A DNA stretch of 64,000 nt from assembly GCF_018350175.1 (NCBI RefSeq), contig NC_058368.1, positions 61,196,001-61,260,000 on the forward strand, in the 5' to 3' direction. Positions 61,571-64,000 of this stretch are shown here, in pieces. A program made the translations under genes and the position numbers. Each line of letters opens with the position of its first letter. Positions within the stretch are counted from its first letter, which is position 1. The DNA is from Felis catus. Lineage: Eukaryota. The notes below the pieces were generated by a model, which had not been told where the DNA came from, made no database searches, and saw nothing but the letters and a program-made list of their open reading frames with translations.

Positions 61571-62447
61571 CTCATTCAGTACAAAGAGTACCGTCTCTTT
61601 CCCTGTTTTATTCCCAGTTCTTTTTTTCTTTCAACTTGACCTTCAAAGCCCTTTAATTCTTTATTTCCCAACATTTGAATGTTAATGAGATCTGCTAAAG
61701 AAAGAACACTTCTCTGGCTCATCCTTTTGCAGCACAGAAGCAGTGAGCGGCTTTCATCATTTCTTTTTTTCACAAGTTTCCACACATGGAGGAGAGTCAT
61801 AATCAGACAGGAGTAATTTGAATTTTATAATATTTTCAGAAGGCGTAGATACAGTTTTTAAGTACTACTTCTTTTCCTCAGTTTCACTTCACTTTGTTTT
61901 TCTTTTAGCTTGTTCAAGTCTGTATTTTATCAGTAGGAAATGACCACATTAATAAAAGTATTTGTAGGTAATATTGTATAAAAATCTTTTTTAATAAAAG
62001 TAGATGTATATTCTAAAACACTATTTTTAGCTGAATAGGCAATTAGTTTATGTCAAATATAAATTACTCATATGGAAATTACATAGAAAAGAAGAAAACA
62101 AATCACTCCAAATAACATTACCAAAAAGTTCAACACTATGAATGTATGTTGCTTTTCAGAATTTGTTTAAAATGTGTTATAACCCTACTCACACACAAAC
62201 TGTAACATATTCAGCATTAGTTTTGTCTTATATTTGTGATTCTCATAGTCTTATGCACTAAAAGCATAAGACTTTCCCATGCCGTTGAATATTTATGTTA
62301 CTATAATATATGTAAAATGTTAAAAGAATAAATGTAGTATTAACAATTTTATGCTTTTATTTTTTAGGTTATTTCTTATCTGTTTAGTATTAAAATAATA
62401 CTGTTATAAAGTGATTAATTCCTTGCCTAAATTAATATCCACATTTT

Positions 62448-62643
62448 TATTATCTTTTTTTAATGTTTATTTATTTTTGAGAGAGTGCAGGCAGGGGAGG
62501 GGCAGAGAGATAGGGACAGAAAATCTGATGTGGGCTTTGCACTGACAGCAGAGAGCCTGATGTGGGGCTTGAACCCACAAACCACAAGATCTCGATCTGG
62601 GCCCTAGTTGGATGCTCAACCAACTGAGCCACTCAGGCTCCCC
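62448..62643 (-). mobile_element. CAN-SINE
   Basis: TSD ATCCACATTTT at 62437-62447 and 62644-62654. Confidence 0.95.
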
Positions 62644-63064
62644 ATCCACATTTTAAATTAAAACTCTATCTTTAAATTTATTTTTATAAATGGAGTTATT
62701 AGGTCAAATAGTGTATGTTTTTTTTTAATTTTGTCATACAGATGAACATAATTATTAAATATAATTTAAAATATTTCCTGGGCCACTGGTAATATGCGTA
62801 AAATGATTGCATACTAGTTTTCACATATTTATCTTTTTTTCCCATTAGTCTATAGTCAGTCCTAATAAATATTCTGTGACATCAGCTACTAGAAATGACG
62901 TAATTCTTTACAGCCTATAGAGTACAGTGTAGCTTTCAGCATTTTATTATTTCTTTACTTTTCATTTATATCACGGATGCATATTTTTTTTAGGAAAAGC
63001 ACAAAAGTTTTATTTTGTTTCTTTTGTAAGTAGGGGCTGTTTACATAAAAACAGTAATCATAAG

Positions 63065-63270
63065 GTACGCTTGGGTGGCTCAAGTCAGGTTAAGCGTCCT
63101 ACTTCAGCTCAGGTCATGATCTTGAGTTCGAGCCCTGCATCGGGCTCTGTGCTGACAGCTCGGAGCCTGGAGACTGCTTTGGATTCTGTGTCTCCCTCTC
63201 TCTCCCTGCCCTTCCCCCGCTCATTCTCTGTCTCACTTTCTCTCAAAAATAAAATTAAAAAAAACATTAA
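63065..63270 (+). mobile_element. CAN-SINE with a small internal deletion
   Basis: 18-bp TSD AAAAACAGTAATC(A/G)TAAG at 63047-63064 and 63271-63288. Confidence 0.96.
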
Positions 63271-63304
63271 AAAAACAGTAATCGTAAGATCCCTTTACCA
63301 TTAT

Positions 63305-63307
63305 GAA

Positions 63308-63355
<48 letters not shown>

Positions 63356-63364
63356 AAAAGAAAA
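63305..63364. repeat. (GAAA)n microsatellite
   Basis: About 12 perfect units. Confidence 0.95.
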
Positions 63365-64000
63365 TCAATTCTATTTAAGCAGTAAGTTTTAAAATGAAAG
63401 GTTAATCCTATGGAAATCTACTTTGATGTAATAAATGCAATATTGACAATTACATAAGTATCCTTTAATGTATGAAATTCAGATGGAAAAACCAAGCTGA
63501 ATTTTGGACATCATAGAAAGATATTTCTGATTAGAGGTAAATTCTCTAAAAGAAATCCTAGCCACTTAAATATTTTTTTTATTGTTTGTGTGAAATTTAT
63601 TTTGGAAAAAAATTAATGGCAATAGGAACAATTCATTCACCAACTTCTTATGGCATATCCTTATGTATTTCTCAAAAGAGTACATTTAAATCAGTATAAA
63701 TGTCACAATAGCATTTTTAAAGAACATTTGTTTGATGAATATTTATAATTTTAATTTAAAAGCAGTGATTGAAAGCCAACCTGAAGAGAAAGTTAAATTT
63801 GAGTCATTCAGTATTTTTCTTCTCTTCACCAAAATGGTAAAATACATTCCCTTCAGTATTTTCCAACAGGAAAAGACAAAACAAAACACTTATAATCCTA
63901 CAGTCTCAAGTAACCAATTTACTGATTTTAGTTGAGCCAGCAAAAAATTCTTCATAATAAAACAATAGAGGTGTTTACAAATACATCCAATATATGCTTT

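Noticed and set aside
1..64000. Prokaryotic-style system (CRISPR array, operon, defence island, phage)
   Set aside because: The DNA is felid-type repeat-rich sequence with no dense ORFs and no repeat-spacer arrays.

Overview
This is AT-rich mammalian DNA, not microbial. About 19 tRNA-derived CAN-SINEs (one a near-consensus SINEC_Fc-type copy) and carnivore-type L1s point to a felid genome, probably cat. Roughly half the window is recognisable repeat: SINEs with target-site duplications (TSDs), young and old L1s (one 5'-inverted), a degenerate ~6 kb ERVL-class provirus (LTR16 plus gag/pol remnants), a clean solo LTR, MaLR LTRs, DNA-transposon fossils and microsatellites. No intact protein-coding gene is evident; the listed ORFs are repeat fragments or noise. 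The best non-repeat signals are on the minus strand: an 82-nt exon candidate (19228-19309) and a possible recursive splice site with a 25-nt RS-exon (36723-36775). Together they suggest a long intron of a minus-strand gene. I found no convincing new biological system. Repeat family names are recalled from consensus sequences and need RepeatMasker/Dfam confirmation.
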